A DNA stretch of 64,000 nt from an uncultured Thiotrichales bacterium (lineage in GTDB: Bacteria; Pseudomonadota; Gammaproteobacteria; Francisellales; CACEW01), in contig CAIQBE010000006.1 in assembly GCA_903870015.1 (NCBI GenBank), positions 12,468-76,467 on the forward strand. The letters are read 5' to 3'. The number at the start of each line of letters is the position of its first letter. The first letter of the stretch is position 1. Below the pieces are notes generated by a model, which had not been told where the DNA came from, did not search any database, and saw nothing but the letters and a program-made list of their open reading frames with translations. Position numbers and translations under genes: made by a program. Shown here piece by piece: positions 8,805 through 18,418 of the stretch.

Positions 8805-11800
8805 CTACCCCATCATGCCCATTTTTGCAATCTCCATGACCTGTGAAAACTCTTGTTGTGTAGCATCAGCCACCGCTTTACCTTCGCCAAATGTAGTATC
8901 CATTTTTTTAGCAGCCATGTCAGTCTGACCTTTGCCCTGCTGTTCTTTCGCTTGTATACCTTTTTCCATGGTTTGACCACCGGCTTGCGCTGCACCGCTC
9001 GCTGATTTATCAGTTGCCTGTGAAACACGTTGCAAATCAGCCTCACCACCTTTAGCAGCAACACCTCCAATAAACTCAACGACTTTTTCTGGGAACGAAT
9101 AAATAGGAGAGAAACATTTTTCAAAAGCCATCACCAAGAAAGTACCATAAATAAAGAGTAGCAAACACGCCATAATCCCCTGAACATTAGCTTCCGAAGA
9201 AGGCACAGCATTTAAGATACCCGCAGCAACGATATGGAAACCTTGGGCTGAGAACGTGATCAGCACATAGGTCAACATAATACCCGTCATAAGACCAATC
9301 ACCATCAACACTGGTCTAAACATAACACCAATGAGCATCCTCACCGCCGGCGCTGAATGCCCCAGATATTCATTACCACCAGGATGAGCCAAGCCCAACA
9401 TAATTAAAGGCCCAGCAACAACAGCCTCAAGCACACCAATGAGCCAAGCAATCTCACCACCCCAAAATAAAACGTAGGGCATTAAAGGCACAAGAATAGC
9501 AAATTGAACCCCCGCAACGAAAAGGGAGGTCATGATAAACATAAATAATGGCATCCACATCAACTGCACTGAAATACTCGTCATCGTCGTAGTCACCGTC
9601 AGCATAACCTGTAAGTCTGTTTGCTGCTGGTCAAGACTCGCCATCGCACCAAACATGGGCCCCAAAAGCGGAATACCACCAAGCATAGCATTAAGAGTCG
9701 AAACCGCACCCACATTCGAATTCGCAACAAGCTGATTAACATTATTAACCATACTCTGCAAAACCGAAGTATACGCTGAAAAAACAGCCTCCATACTAGT
9801 CATACAGGCCATGATCATGCTAATACCCACAGTTTGTGCTTGCTGAATTAAGCTAAACTGGGTGGCAACAAGCCCCTTACTGGTATCAACAATACCTAAA
9901 TTATAAACTTGCTGCATGACAGTATTAACAGAACTTGAGGCCGTATTATTAATGAAACCAGAGGTATTCCTATTGTTAATATTAGCCCCTATAGTACCAG
10001 CGCCGCCAATCAACTGATTGAAAATAAAGCTAATCGATTGATTCACCGGCAAACTAGATTGCACAGGCCCCTGAGACAAAGCACCATTATATTGCAATGC
10101 ATTTAACAAGGTAACTAAATAAGGATAAATCTTAATATAACCAGCATATTTATTATCCGCTGTACCATAGTGTTGCGCAATCAGTAATAAAACTGAAATA
10201 GGCCCCTGTAAAGCAGTAGGAACATTCTCAAGCTGCTGATAAAAATAAGGCGTTGCACTTGTATCAACACTACCTACAGGACCACTAGTTCCTGAAGAAG
10301 GAGCATAGGGAGCAATCAAACTACTCCAATCAGCCGCAGGGCCAACATCATTATGATTATAATGAATATCGCGCATTACCTGCTGCGAGGCACGCACTGT
10401 ATCTAAAGCACAGCTGTAATAAATAACAACTTGCCCATCAGGCATGGTTTTTGTGTAAGTGCCACAGGGTGAGGTCCAACTAGCTGTATCGCCTGGAACA
10501 GCCAAAATCTTACCACTGCCATTGGTAATGTTATCGTTGGAATATTCCATAACCTGAACACCATACTGCAAACAAAACTCCGGCGTCATGAAACTCGTCA
10601 AATCTTGACCATTAATATCAGGATTAAAAGTGGCGGTAGGACCAGGACACTGATAGTTAAGACTACTGGTCGAACCTTGAGCCCCGCTGAATTCCTGAGA
10701 AAAAACGTTCAATTCCATTTGAATGGCCTGCGCCATCCAATACATATTCTGGCTCATCGCATTATCAACAACTAAATAGGAAGTGCCTGCAATCCACCAG
10801 CTATTATTAAGATGCAAATCAAAATACTGCTGAGAATTAATATCTGCAATCCAATAATCATTTAAATTATAGCCAAGATGCCATACAGTATTACCATTAG
10901 AATCTGTGGTTGAATATTTATAAGTATTATCGGCCAAGGCTTCTTGCTGACCTTGAGGCGCCTGTGAAGCATTGCCACAGTTTGCATCAGGAGCCGATGA
11001 TGACTTACAGGACGGACTAGAGCCGTTAGGATCCCCTTCAGCTGGAGCTGCCGCTAAAGCCATAGCCTGCGCATACACTTGTGCCGAACCAATAATATCC
11101 TGAATAGCGGCCTGCAGACCACAAACACTGACACTACCAGAGGAAGTATTAGAACCATCTAAACCCATGGCACCAAACTGACTAATACCACTAGTATTAG
11201 TCGCATTTGGATCTTTCATCGTGGACAACTGATCTACTTGAACTTGAGTATTACAACTCGTCATCAACGCCTGAGCAGAATCAGTGGTCAATAGACCCGT
11301 GCTAGCGTTACTAAACGCTGCTTTAGCCCCAGGAGTCGTGATAGCATTAGCCACAACCACCTGTAAATCAGTAATAGCATCGGTAGCGCCCTGGGCCTCG
11401 GATTGAGTTGGCCCGATATCACACATAGTACCATCTTGAGCAGGATCACTTGGATTATCAGCACAAATGATACTAGCCACAGTAGCCTGAGAAAGACGAC
11501 CGGTGTCGATAACATAAGCACCATAAACATCAGCCATACCATCTGGCGCAGCACTGCCCCAGGCAGGTGACTGAGGCATACCAGGCCCATAAGAAGTAAA
11601 CCAAGGATCTGATGCACTACCATCCCCAGTCGGCGTCTGTACATTAAGACCAATAGCCGCGGAGGATGTAAAGGCAATACTCCCAGAATTTACATCTAGC
11701 GAGGGATTGCTAGCACCCGTAACAGAACTACCCGATAAAACATCAGAAACTGCTCTCTTACAAGACGCCTGATATGGCTCCGCTGAAAACAACCCCGAAC

Positions 11801-12500
11801 AAACATTCACACCCGCATCCAAATCAATTTGGTTAACAACCCCAGCCGGCATAGCTGACACAGTTGTACTCCCTGAAGGTGGAGTGATCGCATACTGATG
11901 ATTTGGCATCGGTATTGCTTGAGTCGCCATCGCTTGAAAATTACCATTACCCGCATTGTTAGATATCAGCCCGGATTGATCGACAATCAAAGGCACTGCA
12001 ACGCTATTAAGAGCCTCTGCCAAAGCACCTTGAATATCCGCAGTCAAAAATGTTGGGGGTGGGGGCGTGTCTTGATCATTAAAAACGTCATTAATTGCGC
12101 TTTGCCAGACCACCGTCGCCAAATTAATACCCAAAAAGATAGCATACAAAATAATATACTGGCCCATACAGTAACCACTGCTAAGAGGCACCACTAATAA
12201 AATACCAAAAACCAAACGCACTGGCGTCCAAGTACTATCCCATTTTTTACCCAAAAATTGGCCATCCGCAGCACTATTCATGGTACCGATGAACAATAAG
12301 ATTGCAAATATTAATAAACCACCACCCAATAATAAATGATTAAAAACCTCCATCATGCGAGAGAAAATATGAGAATCGGCACCCGTAGACAAGTTAGAAC
12401 CCAAAATATCATTAATGACATGATTACCTAACACTTGCCCCAAATAAGTAACCGAGGCATCATTAGGCTGTGGCATCATAAACCCTGGAAATAGACTCAT
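8805..12500 (-). CDS. dotA: Dot/Icm polytopic membrane protein DotA
   Basis: D.SV.YLG, G.FLGKKW.S.W.PVR...G..L.VP..SGYC; C-terminal VPLMPY..F...IAWLI.VLEAVVAGPL..LGLAHPGG and FRPVLM.IG. Confidence 0.95.
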   Translation of the reverse strand: MSLFPGFMMPQPNDASVTYLGQVLGNHVINDILGSNLSTGADSHIFSRMMEVFNHLLLGGGLLIFAILLFIGTMNSAADGQFLGKKWDSTWTPVRLVFGILLVVPLSSGYCMGQYIILYAIFLGINLATVVWQSAINDVFNDQDTPPPPTFLTADIQGALAEALNSVAVPLIVDQSGLISNNAGNGNFQAMATQAIPMPNHQYAITPPSGSTTVSAMPAGVVNQIDLDAGVNVCSGLFSAEPYQASCKRAVSDVLSGSSVTGASNPSLDVNSGSIAFTSSAAIGLNVQTPTGDGSASDPWFTSYGPGMPQSPAWGSAAPDGMADVYGAYVIDTGRLSQATVASIICADNPSDPAQDGTMCDIGPTQSEAQGATDAITDLQVVVANAITTPGAKAAFSNASTGLLTTDSAQALMTSCNTQVQVDQLSTMKDPNATNTSGISQFGAMGLDGSNTSSGSVSVCGLQAAIQDIIGSAQVYAQAMALAAAPAEGDPNGSSPSCKSSSAPDANCGNASQAPQGQQEALADNTYKYSTTDSNGNTVWHLGYNLNDYWIADINSQQYFDLHLNNSWWIAGTSYLVVDNAMSQNMYWMAQAIQMELNVFSQEFSGAQGSTSSLNYQCPGPTATFNPDINGQDLTSFMTPEFCLQYGVQVMEYSNDNITNGSGKILAVPGDTASWTSPCGTYTKTMPDGQVVIYYSCALDTVRASQQVMRDIHYNHNDVGPAADWSSLIAPYAPSSGTSGPVGSVDTSATPYFYQQLENVPTALQGPISVLLLIAQHYGTADNKYAGYIKIYPYLVTLLNALQYNGALSQGPVQSSLPVNQSISFIFNQLIGGAGTIGANINNRNTSGFINNTASSSVNTVMQQVYNLGIVDTSKGLVATQFSLIQQAQTVGISMIMACMTSMEAVFSAYTSVLQSMVNNVNQLVANSNVGAVSTLNAMLGGIPLLGPMFGAMASLDQQQTDLQVMLTVTTTMTSISVQLMWMPLFMFIMTSLFVAGVQFAILVPLMPYVLFWGGEIAWLIGVLEAVVAGPLIMLGLAHPGGNEYLGHSAPAVRMLIGVMFRPVLMVIGLMTGIMLTYVLITFSAQGFHIVAAGILNAVPSSEANVQGIMACLLLFIYGTFLVMAFEKCFSPIYSFPEKVVEFIGGVAAKGGEADLQRVSQATDKSASGAAQAGGQTMEKGIQAKEQQGKGQTDMAAKKMDTTFGEGKAVADATQQEFSQVMEIAKMGMMG

Positions 12501-12550
12501 TTACTCCCCCTCCGTGATAATTCTTTTTCAGTTTTTGCATCTATTATCAT
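12497..12550 (-). other. 17-codon leader ORF (MIIDAKTEKELSRRGSK) overlapping the dotA start
   Basis: AGGGTG-5nt-ATG at 12550; its TGA overlaps the dotA ATG (ATGA). Confidence 0.4.
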
Positions 12551-12555
12551 AATTT

Positions 12556-12610
12556 CACCCTATATTTTTTCTTATCGTATTTCAATACAATTTCCAGCAC
12601 AAGTAGTTTT
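12556..12610 (-). promoter_or_regulatory. sigma70-type promoter of dotA-icmX (copy 2 of a 55-bp module)
   Basis: TTGTGC-N17-TACGAT then AGGGTG; 45/55 identical to 4770-4824. Confidence 0.7.
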
Positions 12611-12857
12611 CGCTCATCGCTTTATTTAACTGCGAACAGAGGCAATAATGCTTGCCAGATACCCCTTAAAAATTCTTAATTTTAACCACACATATTATAC
12701 TATTTTTTTAGATTTTATTAAATACTTTGGGGACGTATCTTTAGTAACAAGCCATCAGCTTGAACGCACCCTGCAACTATTTATGTAAGCTTTTGATTTT
12801 AAGGGCCTATCTTAAAGACCCAAGCACTACCCCCCCGACAATTTCCTGGTTTTGTAA

Positions 12858-13292
12858 CTAAATATCACCCTTCTTCTTTGATAATTCTTTGAGCGTCTCT
12901 TCTTTCCATTCCTTAAAAGTACAGCCCAATTTGCGTTTTTTAACCTGAATATACCAAAAATGATAACGAAAACATAACGCACTGATAAACAGACAAAATA
13001 GAAATATGATGACTGACTGTTCCCACATCATATGTAGCAAGGCATAAAAAAAATACAAAACACCCAGCACAAAAATAGAACCAAACAAGATCACCAAATT
13101 CCTAAACTCTCGCTCCCTTTTTTCCAAAAACGCTGCTGGTACATAAAACATTTTACCCGTAGGCTCAATTTTCTGAGTATTGTAATCATAAAAGCCTTTA
13201 GCAATCTCCTTAATATCAACATAATTATTAGTTAATTCTTTAACCCCCAAAACACGCTTCACGCCGTTTTTAGTTTTTGTAAATATTTTCAT
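12858..13292 (-). CDS. icmV: Dot/Icm protein IcmV
   Basis: Two TMs then FRYHFWY.Q.K.RKLGCTF.EW signature; upstream of dotA. Confidence 0.92.
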   Translation of the reverse strand: MKIFTKTKNGVKRVLGVKELTNNYVDIKEIAKGFYDYNTQKIEPTGKMFYVPAAFLEKREREFRNLVILFGSIFVLGVLYFFYALLHMMWEQSVIIFLFCLFISALCFRYHFWYIQVKKRKLGCTFKEWKEETLKELSKKKGDI

Positions 13293-13305
13293 AATCTCCC
13301 CTCTT

Positions 13306-15603
13306 TTATGCTGCTAACTGTGTAAATTTATTTAATAGCTCGCTTAAGTTTGCATTTTTCGTTGGCAAACAGCCCGCATAACTCGTTTGCTTTTCTAACT
13401 CATCAATAATGTCTAAAGACTCATCTTTTGCAAGACTCTCGCTCTTGCCTAACATAATATTTAAGCGCTTCACTACTTCAAATAATTTTTCTTTGGTCAA
13501 GATACTGGGCAAAAGCGTCGCCACTTCAATATCAAAAAATTTACTCGCCAAACGTTCATCCACCAGAACATGCATAAAGATCGAAGCATTATTCGATTGA
13601 TCACCAAAACTCATGACCTCTTCTTCAACACGCCCTTCAATAAATCTTTGTATCTCCTTAAGCAACAGGGGCTTATCTTTTCTTGTCTTCTCTTGTTTAA
13701 AGATACTAAACAAATCTTTCAAGGGATCGGTGTTAGGGTTAATGACATAATCCCGAAGATTAGTATTAGCCTTACGCAAAGATTTAACCATATTAGCACT
13801 ATGATCTGAAGGGGCTTTGACTTTTAAAAATTGATTGAGCTTAATCCGCGCAACTTTAGGAGGATTAGCGTAAAAAAACTTGGCACGTACAATCGTGGAT
13901 TTGAAAAAGATATGGCCCTCGCCTTCACGCTGATCTTTTAAGTCCAGCAAATCAATTCGATGACGCTTATCAAGCGTGGCTTCCATACTATCTTTATAAC
14001 TAAGAGCGCCACTTGCCCCCTGCTTGTTAAAGCTGCGCGCCACCGTCACATAAGCCTCACCTGCCGTCTCTTGGAAAAACTTCCAGGTTTCTTGAGGATC
14101 TTCTAATTTCATACACACTTTAACGTTGGTATTCGCACAAATAGATGCTGCTTCTTCTTTGGATGCTTTTTGGAACGCGGGTAAATCTTGGCCTGCGAAA
14201 ATAACCGAAAATCCTAAAGAACGCGCCTGGGCCGGCACCACCGCAAAGCCTTTAACTGCATAATAACCATATTCGTCTAACACGCATAAATACGGCGTTT
14301 TAGAATTAGTAGGTTTACGCTCAATCACATCACGATAATCACCCTCAACCTGGCTACCCAAACCACTGGCCAACATTGCCTTTAATGAGGCAATAATTAA
14401 TTTACCCAAGTTGGATAACTCTTCCGGAGATTTTTCAAGCGCAGGTAATAAAACCACCAAAATACGGCGGTTCAAAACCACATCATAAAAGTCTACTTCG
14501 GCCAAATTAGTCCGAATAATATGACCATAAACGTCAGCCAAAGATCCGAAGATACGCGTTAATTGCATAGTAATATAACCATGCTGTTCATAGGCCTTAC
14601 CACTTTGCTTACCTTTTTCGCTTTTTTGATAACCGGGCAAGGTTGCCAAATAATTATCAAGCGGATCACGAACATCAAACGGTAAAGCCTCAGGCATAAT
14701 GGTAATATTATTGCGCTGATCAATGACTTTACTATCATAAAGCAACTCTTCTAAAACATCCAAAGTAAAATATTTACGAATGACACTCGCATCCAAGAGT
14801 AAATAGCCCCGATCGCGCATCCACACCAAGGGACGCATTAACGCTTCAATAAAAGAAATCGCACGGCCTTTCCACATGTCACCATCACCACTACCCGCAC
14901 TACCACTGTCCATCATGCTGACAACAAGTTGTGATAACATGCTGGAGGAACCCATAGCAAAAGGATTCATGGTATTGGACAATACTTTTTCTTGTGGGCC
15001 AATAATGTCGACAGCACCAGTCATATAGTTAACGAGGAGCAAATCATCTTCACGCCCCATCGAACGAACCATGGAAAAGACTTTGGCAAATAAAGAGTTA
15101 TCCCCTTTACCATCCACATAAATAAAACCACTGCCTTGGGCCAAAGCATTAAAAGCAACCGACAATAAGGCTTCGGTTTTACCAGAACCTGTTGATCCAA
15201 AAATTAATGCATGGGTACGCATATCTGAATTATTAAACCATAACTGCTCTTTGGTTAAAATATCATTACCAAAATAATAGATTCCCGCAGCAGGCCCCGC
15301 TGCTTTACTGCCAGGCTTAGGATCATTGGGATCAAGCAAACCCGAAAAAATAGGTAACCGAAATGGCAAACGTATAAAACCAAACATGCTATACCAAAAC
15401 ATAATAATTGCCAGGAAAAAAAACACATCTGCAACCACTGGCAACAAATAAATACCAGGAATCAATGCGGCAATCAAAATGGCAACCCCATGACGGCTTT
15501 TGACTAAATCACGAACTTGCTGCCAAAATGGCCGTAAATCACGCATGGCATCATGCGTATGAAACTCCTGAGCTTTGGTAATCCCACGAAATTGCCGAGC
15601 CAT
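13306..15603 (-). CDS. dotL: type IVB coupling protein DotL/IcmO
   Basis: THALIFGSTGSGKTE Walker A, YVDGKGD, MWKGRAI, LDEYGYYAVKGFAVVPAQARSLGFS. Confidence 0.96.
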   Translation of the reverse strand: MARQFRGITKAQEFHTHDAMRDLRPFWQQVRDLVKSRHGVAILIAALIPGIYLLPVVADVFFFLAIIMFWYSMFGFIRLPFRLPIFSGLLDPNDPKPGSKAAGPAAGIYYFGNDILTKEQLWFNNSDMRTHALIFGSTGSGKTEALLSVAFNALAQGSGFIYVDGKGDNSLFAKVFSMVRSMGREDDLLLVNYMTGAVDIIGPQEKVLSNTMNPFAMGSSSMLSQLVVSMMDSGSAGSGDGDMWKGRAISFIEALMRPLVWMRDRGYLLLDASVIRKYFTLDVLEELLYDSKVIDQRNNITIMPEALPFDVRDPLDNYLATLPGYQKSEKGKQSGKAYEQHGYITMQLTRIFGSLADVYGHIIRTNLAEVDFYDVVLNRRILVVLLPALEKSPEELSNLGKLIIASLKAMLASGLGSQVEGDYRDVIERKPTNSKTPYLCVLDEYGYYAVKGFAVVPAQARSLGFSVIFAGQDLPAFQKASKEEAASICANTNVKVCMKLEDPQETWKFFQETAGEAYVTVARSFNKQGASGALSYKDSMEATLDKRHRIDLLDLKDQREGEGHIFFKSTIVRAKFFYANPPKVARIKLNQFLKVKAPSDHSANMVKSLRKANTNLRDYVINPNTDPLKDLFSIFKQEKTRKDKPLLLKEIQRFIEGRVEEEVMSFGDQSNNASIFMHVLVDERLASKFFDIEVATLLPSILTKEKLFEVVKRLNIMLGKSESLAKDESLDIIDELEKQTSYAGCLPTKNANLSELLNKFTQLAA

Positions 15604-15604
15604 T

Positions 15605-15862
15605 CTATTTACGCCTTATAATTATTTTGGTTGAGCCTGTGACAAAATTTCTAATAATTCTTACAGCCGCAATCAAACTAACATGATAATAATTCAAAAT
15701 ACTCAAAAACCCCAAGGAAACTACCACCATCCCAAAAGTGTACCAACTAGGACGCACTAAACACAAAAGAATGATAAAAGAACAACGCGCATCCACCGAG
15801 AAAAATACCGGAGTCAAGGCAGAATCACGCCAATGCGCATAAATATCTGGTTGACTAGCCAT
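15605..15862 (-). CDS. icmT: Dot/Icm protein IcmT
   Basis: AHWRDSA...FF.VDAR signature, hydrophobic, 85 aa. Confidence 0.92.
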   Translation of the reverse strand: MASQPDIYAHWRDSALTPVFFSVDARCSFIILLCLVRPSWYTFGMVVVSLGFLSILNYYHVSLIAAVRIIRNFVTGSTKIIIRRK

Positions 15863-16973
15863 GTCTTTGCTCCAAAAGTTGAAAACGACGATAAGCCTCT
15901 TCCGTAATCAACCCTTGATTAAATTTATTTTCAACATCTCTTAAAATAGGCTGACCATATTGCGCGATAAGCTCACGAATTTTTGGCACCAACTGCTCAA
16001 GCTCTGTCTTTGCCAACGTATCTCTAACATCATGATCAAAAACTAAAAACTCTCTCACCGCTGTTCTTTTGCCATCTGGCCTGGGCAACAAAGCTTGCCA
16101 GACAATCACTTTGACCGTTTCGATTAAGTCAAATAAGCGTGCATCACGCTCTTCACTAGGAAATATAGTCACCATACGGCGCATGGTATCGGCAACACCA
16201 TTACTATGAACCGTTGTATAAACAGGATGCCCTGTCAATGCAGCATCAATCACCGCTTCAATGGTTTCTTGATCACGCGCCTCTCCCACTAAAATTAGGC
16301 CCGGTTTACGACGCAAAGCATTACGCACCCCCGCAGCAAAACTAGGTAAATTACGCGGAATCTCCATTTGGCTTACAATTGCTGAAGTCTTTTGAACTTT
16401 ATCATAAACATATTCAATAGGCGCTTCATAAGTAAGAACTTTAATATTCGCCTCGGGATCATGACAAATATCTGCCAAAATCGATGCCAGCAAGGTACTT
16501 TTACCCGATCCTGTCGCACCACTAACCACCATGACACCTTGGGACAGCCTAATATATTCGAGTAAATTAGCCTCTAGATTTAAATCTTTTAATAAAGGCG
16601 GCTCACTCGAAATAACCCGCAAAGTAATCTGCAAGCCTTCATATCCTTCAAAATAACAAGCGGTAATATTGACACGAAAACGAAATTCCACTTTGTCTGA
16701 CTTAACGCGATAATGGGTATCAATATCATTACCCGAAAAAATCATGGCCGTAGCATTAGCACCATAAATATGCTTAATAACATCTGAAAGCTCCTGCATC
16801 GTCAAACGACGCTGCGTCATTTGAATCTGACGCCCATGAATTTCGGCAAACACAACCTCACCCGTTTGGAGAGTAATATCTGAAGCCTTATGCTCACAAC
16901 AAAATAAGAGTAACCGATCAAAATGCGGCGCCACAAAATAATTAGGCTCATTCGGCAGCAAATACTGAGCCAT
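15855..16973 (-). CDS. dotB: Dot/Icm ATPase DotB
   Basis: ASDITLQT, GATGSGKST, TYEAPIEYVYD, RNALRRKP..ILVGEARD, TGHPVYTTVH. Confidence 0.96.
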   Translation of the reverse strand: MAQYLLPNEPNYFVAPHFDRLLLFCCEHKASDITLQTGEVVFAEIHGRQIQMTQRRLTMQELSDVIKHIYGANATAMIFSGNDIDTHYRVKSDKVEFRFRVNITACYFEGYEGLQITLRVISSEPPLLKDLNLEANLLEYIRLSQGVMVVSGATGSGKSTLLASILADICHDPEANIKVLTYEAPIEYVYDKVQKTSAIVSQMEIPRNLPSFAAGVRNALRRKPGLILVGEARDQETIEAVIDAALTGHPVYTTVHSNGVADTMRRMVTIFPSEERDARLFDLIETVKVIVWQALLPRPDGKRTAVREFLVFDHDVRDTLAKTELEQLVPKIRELIAQYGQPILRDVENKFNQGLITEEAYRRFQLLEQRHG

Positions 16974-17806
16974 TATTGCGCCCCTTGAGCAGAGAGATTA
17001 CCTAAATTACCTTGTGCTCCGGGCTCAGGAGCATTGGTACTAATAGGAGCTGTTTCCCAAAGCTTACCCTTCAACTGTAATTGTGGTTGTTCGGTAATTT
17101 GCATGGTCTTATCATCAATAACCATATTATTACCACTACCTGTAATACCTTGTTCTTGTTGTGTTAAATGATATGGGCTTACCATATTTTGAGCCAACAA
17201 CTCTTTGTACAAAATCATGCCATTATAATCACGCACTAAACGAGAAAGGTTAATCTGATAAATAGAGACTGCTTGATTAATCCCCTCAGCCCAACCTAAA
17301 GCAACATTAGCCTTCCACAATTGACGCTCAGCATCATTTTGGGGCAATAAAACTTGATTAGGTAGTTCAGGAGGTGGATAAGACATCCAAATATAATCAT
17401 GCCATGTTGGTGGTGCCGTCACAAAACGCACAGGAGCAAGAATACGATACGTTGTCCCTGCAATACGAATGGTATCACCAGTTCCATTAATATTAACCTC
17501 ATTTTGCGCGCGATCTAAAACAGGAGGCAAAACATTATGTTGATACAATACTTGGTTAAAATCAAAAATTCTATTCAGCAAAACACCTTCAGACTCTAAA
17601 ACCTGGTCAATCTGAATTGATTCATAAGACAATGCCGCCTGCATTCCCAAAGCCTGCGCAGCCTCTTGAATCGCTTGTTGGCGAATCGAGCCTAAGCTGG
17701 AAGCCGCGTGCGTAGCATAATAACCAGATCCAGTAGATAAGCCTTGCAAATCAGTTAAACTATACTGACCTGCAGGTAATGCAGTGGGCGGTGTCAAAAC
17801 CATCAT
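16973..17806 (-). CDS. dotC: Dot/Icm core protein DotC
   Basis: IR..A..E.A..LG.QAAL, L..IFDF, VLPPVL, Y.I....RFVTAPPTW.DY, RL.RDY.GMILY..LL.QNMVS. Confidence 0.93.
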   Translation of the reverse strand: MMVLTPPTALPAGQYSLTDLQGLSTGSGYYATHAASSLGSIRQQAIQEAAQALGMQAALSYESIQIDQVLESEGVLLNRIFDFNQVLYQHNVLPPVLDRAQNEVNINGTGDTIRIAGTTYRILAPVRFVTAPPTWHDYIWMSYPPPELPNQVLLPQNDAERQLWKANVALGWAEGINQAVSIYQINLSRLVRDYNGMILYKELLAQNMVSPYHLTQQEQGITGSGNNMVIDDKTMQITEQPQLQLKGKLWETAPISTNAPEPGAQGNLGNLSAQGAQ

Positions 17807-18297
17807 GATCCGGGATACCTCAGGCTAATTACTTTTTCATCTTGATAAATTAAAATTTGTGCATTCAAACCCGCTTGAATATCCGCATTACGGATAATAG
17901 TTAACGCCGAAACAGGATTATCCGTATCATCAATATTCACTAAAATGGGACTAAACGGCGCTTTACCAAAGGCTTGGAATTGATACCCCGTAAGGCTGGC
18001 CATTTGGCGCAATAAAGGCTCAATGGGGCCATTCCATTTCAAAGTAACTACTACATTTAAAGCAGGGTCATTGATATTGGCCAAAGGTAAGGTATTATTT
18101 TTTTGGAAACGCGTTTTTTCAATAGAAGACAACTCAGCCAAAGACGCCTGAGTCTGTGCCGCTGACTGCACCAACGAAGCTCTGACCTGATTATTAATTT
18201 GCTCTTGAGTCATAGTATTAGGGGCAGGTGGATTTTTAGCACACGCCGCTAACAGAGCTGCGCTTAAAACAACACTCATTGCACACAAACGTTTCAT
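17803..18297 (-). CDS. dotD: Dot/Icm lipoprotein DotD
   Basis: Lipobox LAAC, L..L..IEK, W.GPIEPL, G..P..PILV, C-terminal ISLRY; heads dotDCB. Confidence 0.93.
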   Translation of the reverse strand: MKRLCAMSVVLSAALLAACAKNPPAPNTMTQEQINNQVRASLVQSAAQTQASLAELSSIEKTRFQKNNTLPLANINDPALNVVVTLKWNGPIEPLLRQMASLTGYQFQAFGKAPFSPILVNIDDTDNPVSALTIIRNADIQAGLNAQILIYQDEKVISLRYPGS

Positions 18298-18325
18298 ACA
18301 ACTCTCCCTCAATCCGATCAACTTA

Positions 18326-18368
18326 AGTTTTTACCAAATATCTGCAAAACAAAGATTTGGTAAAAACT
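18326..18368. repeat. perfect 14-bp inverted repeat upstream of dotD
   Basis: AGTTTTTACCAAAT-N15-ATTTGGTAAAAACT. Confidence 0.8.
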
Positions 18369-18371
18369 CAA

Positions 18372-18400
18372 GGAAAATGCCCCCATTAAATGAGGGCATC
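18372..18400 (-). terminator. probable intrinsic terminator after the icmD-like gene
   Basis: Minus strand ATGCCCTCAT-TTA-ATGGGGGCAT (one G-U pair) followed by TTT. Confidence 0.55.
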
Positions 18401-18418
18401 ATTCTATTAATACTGAAA

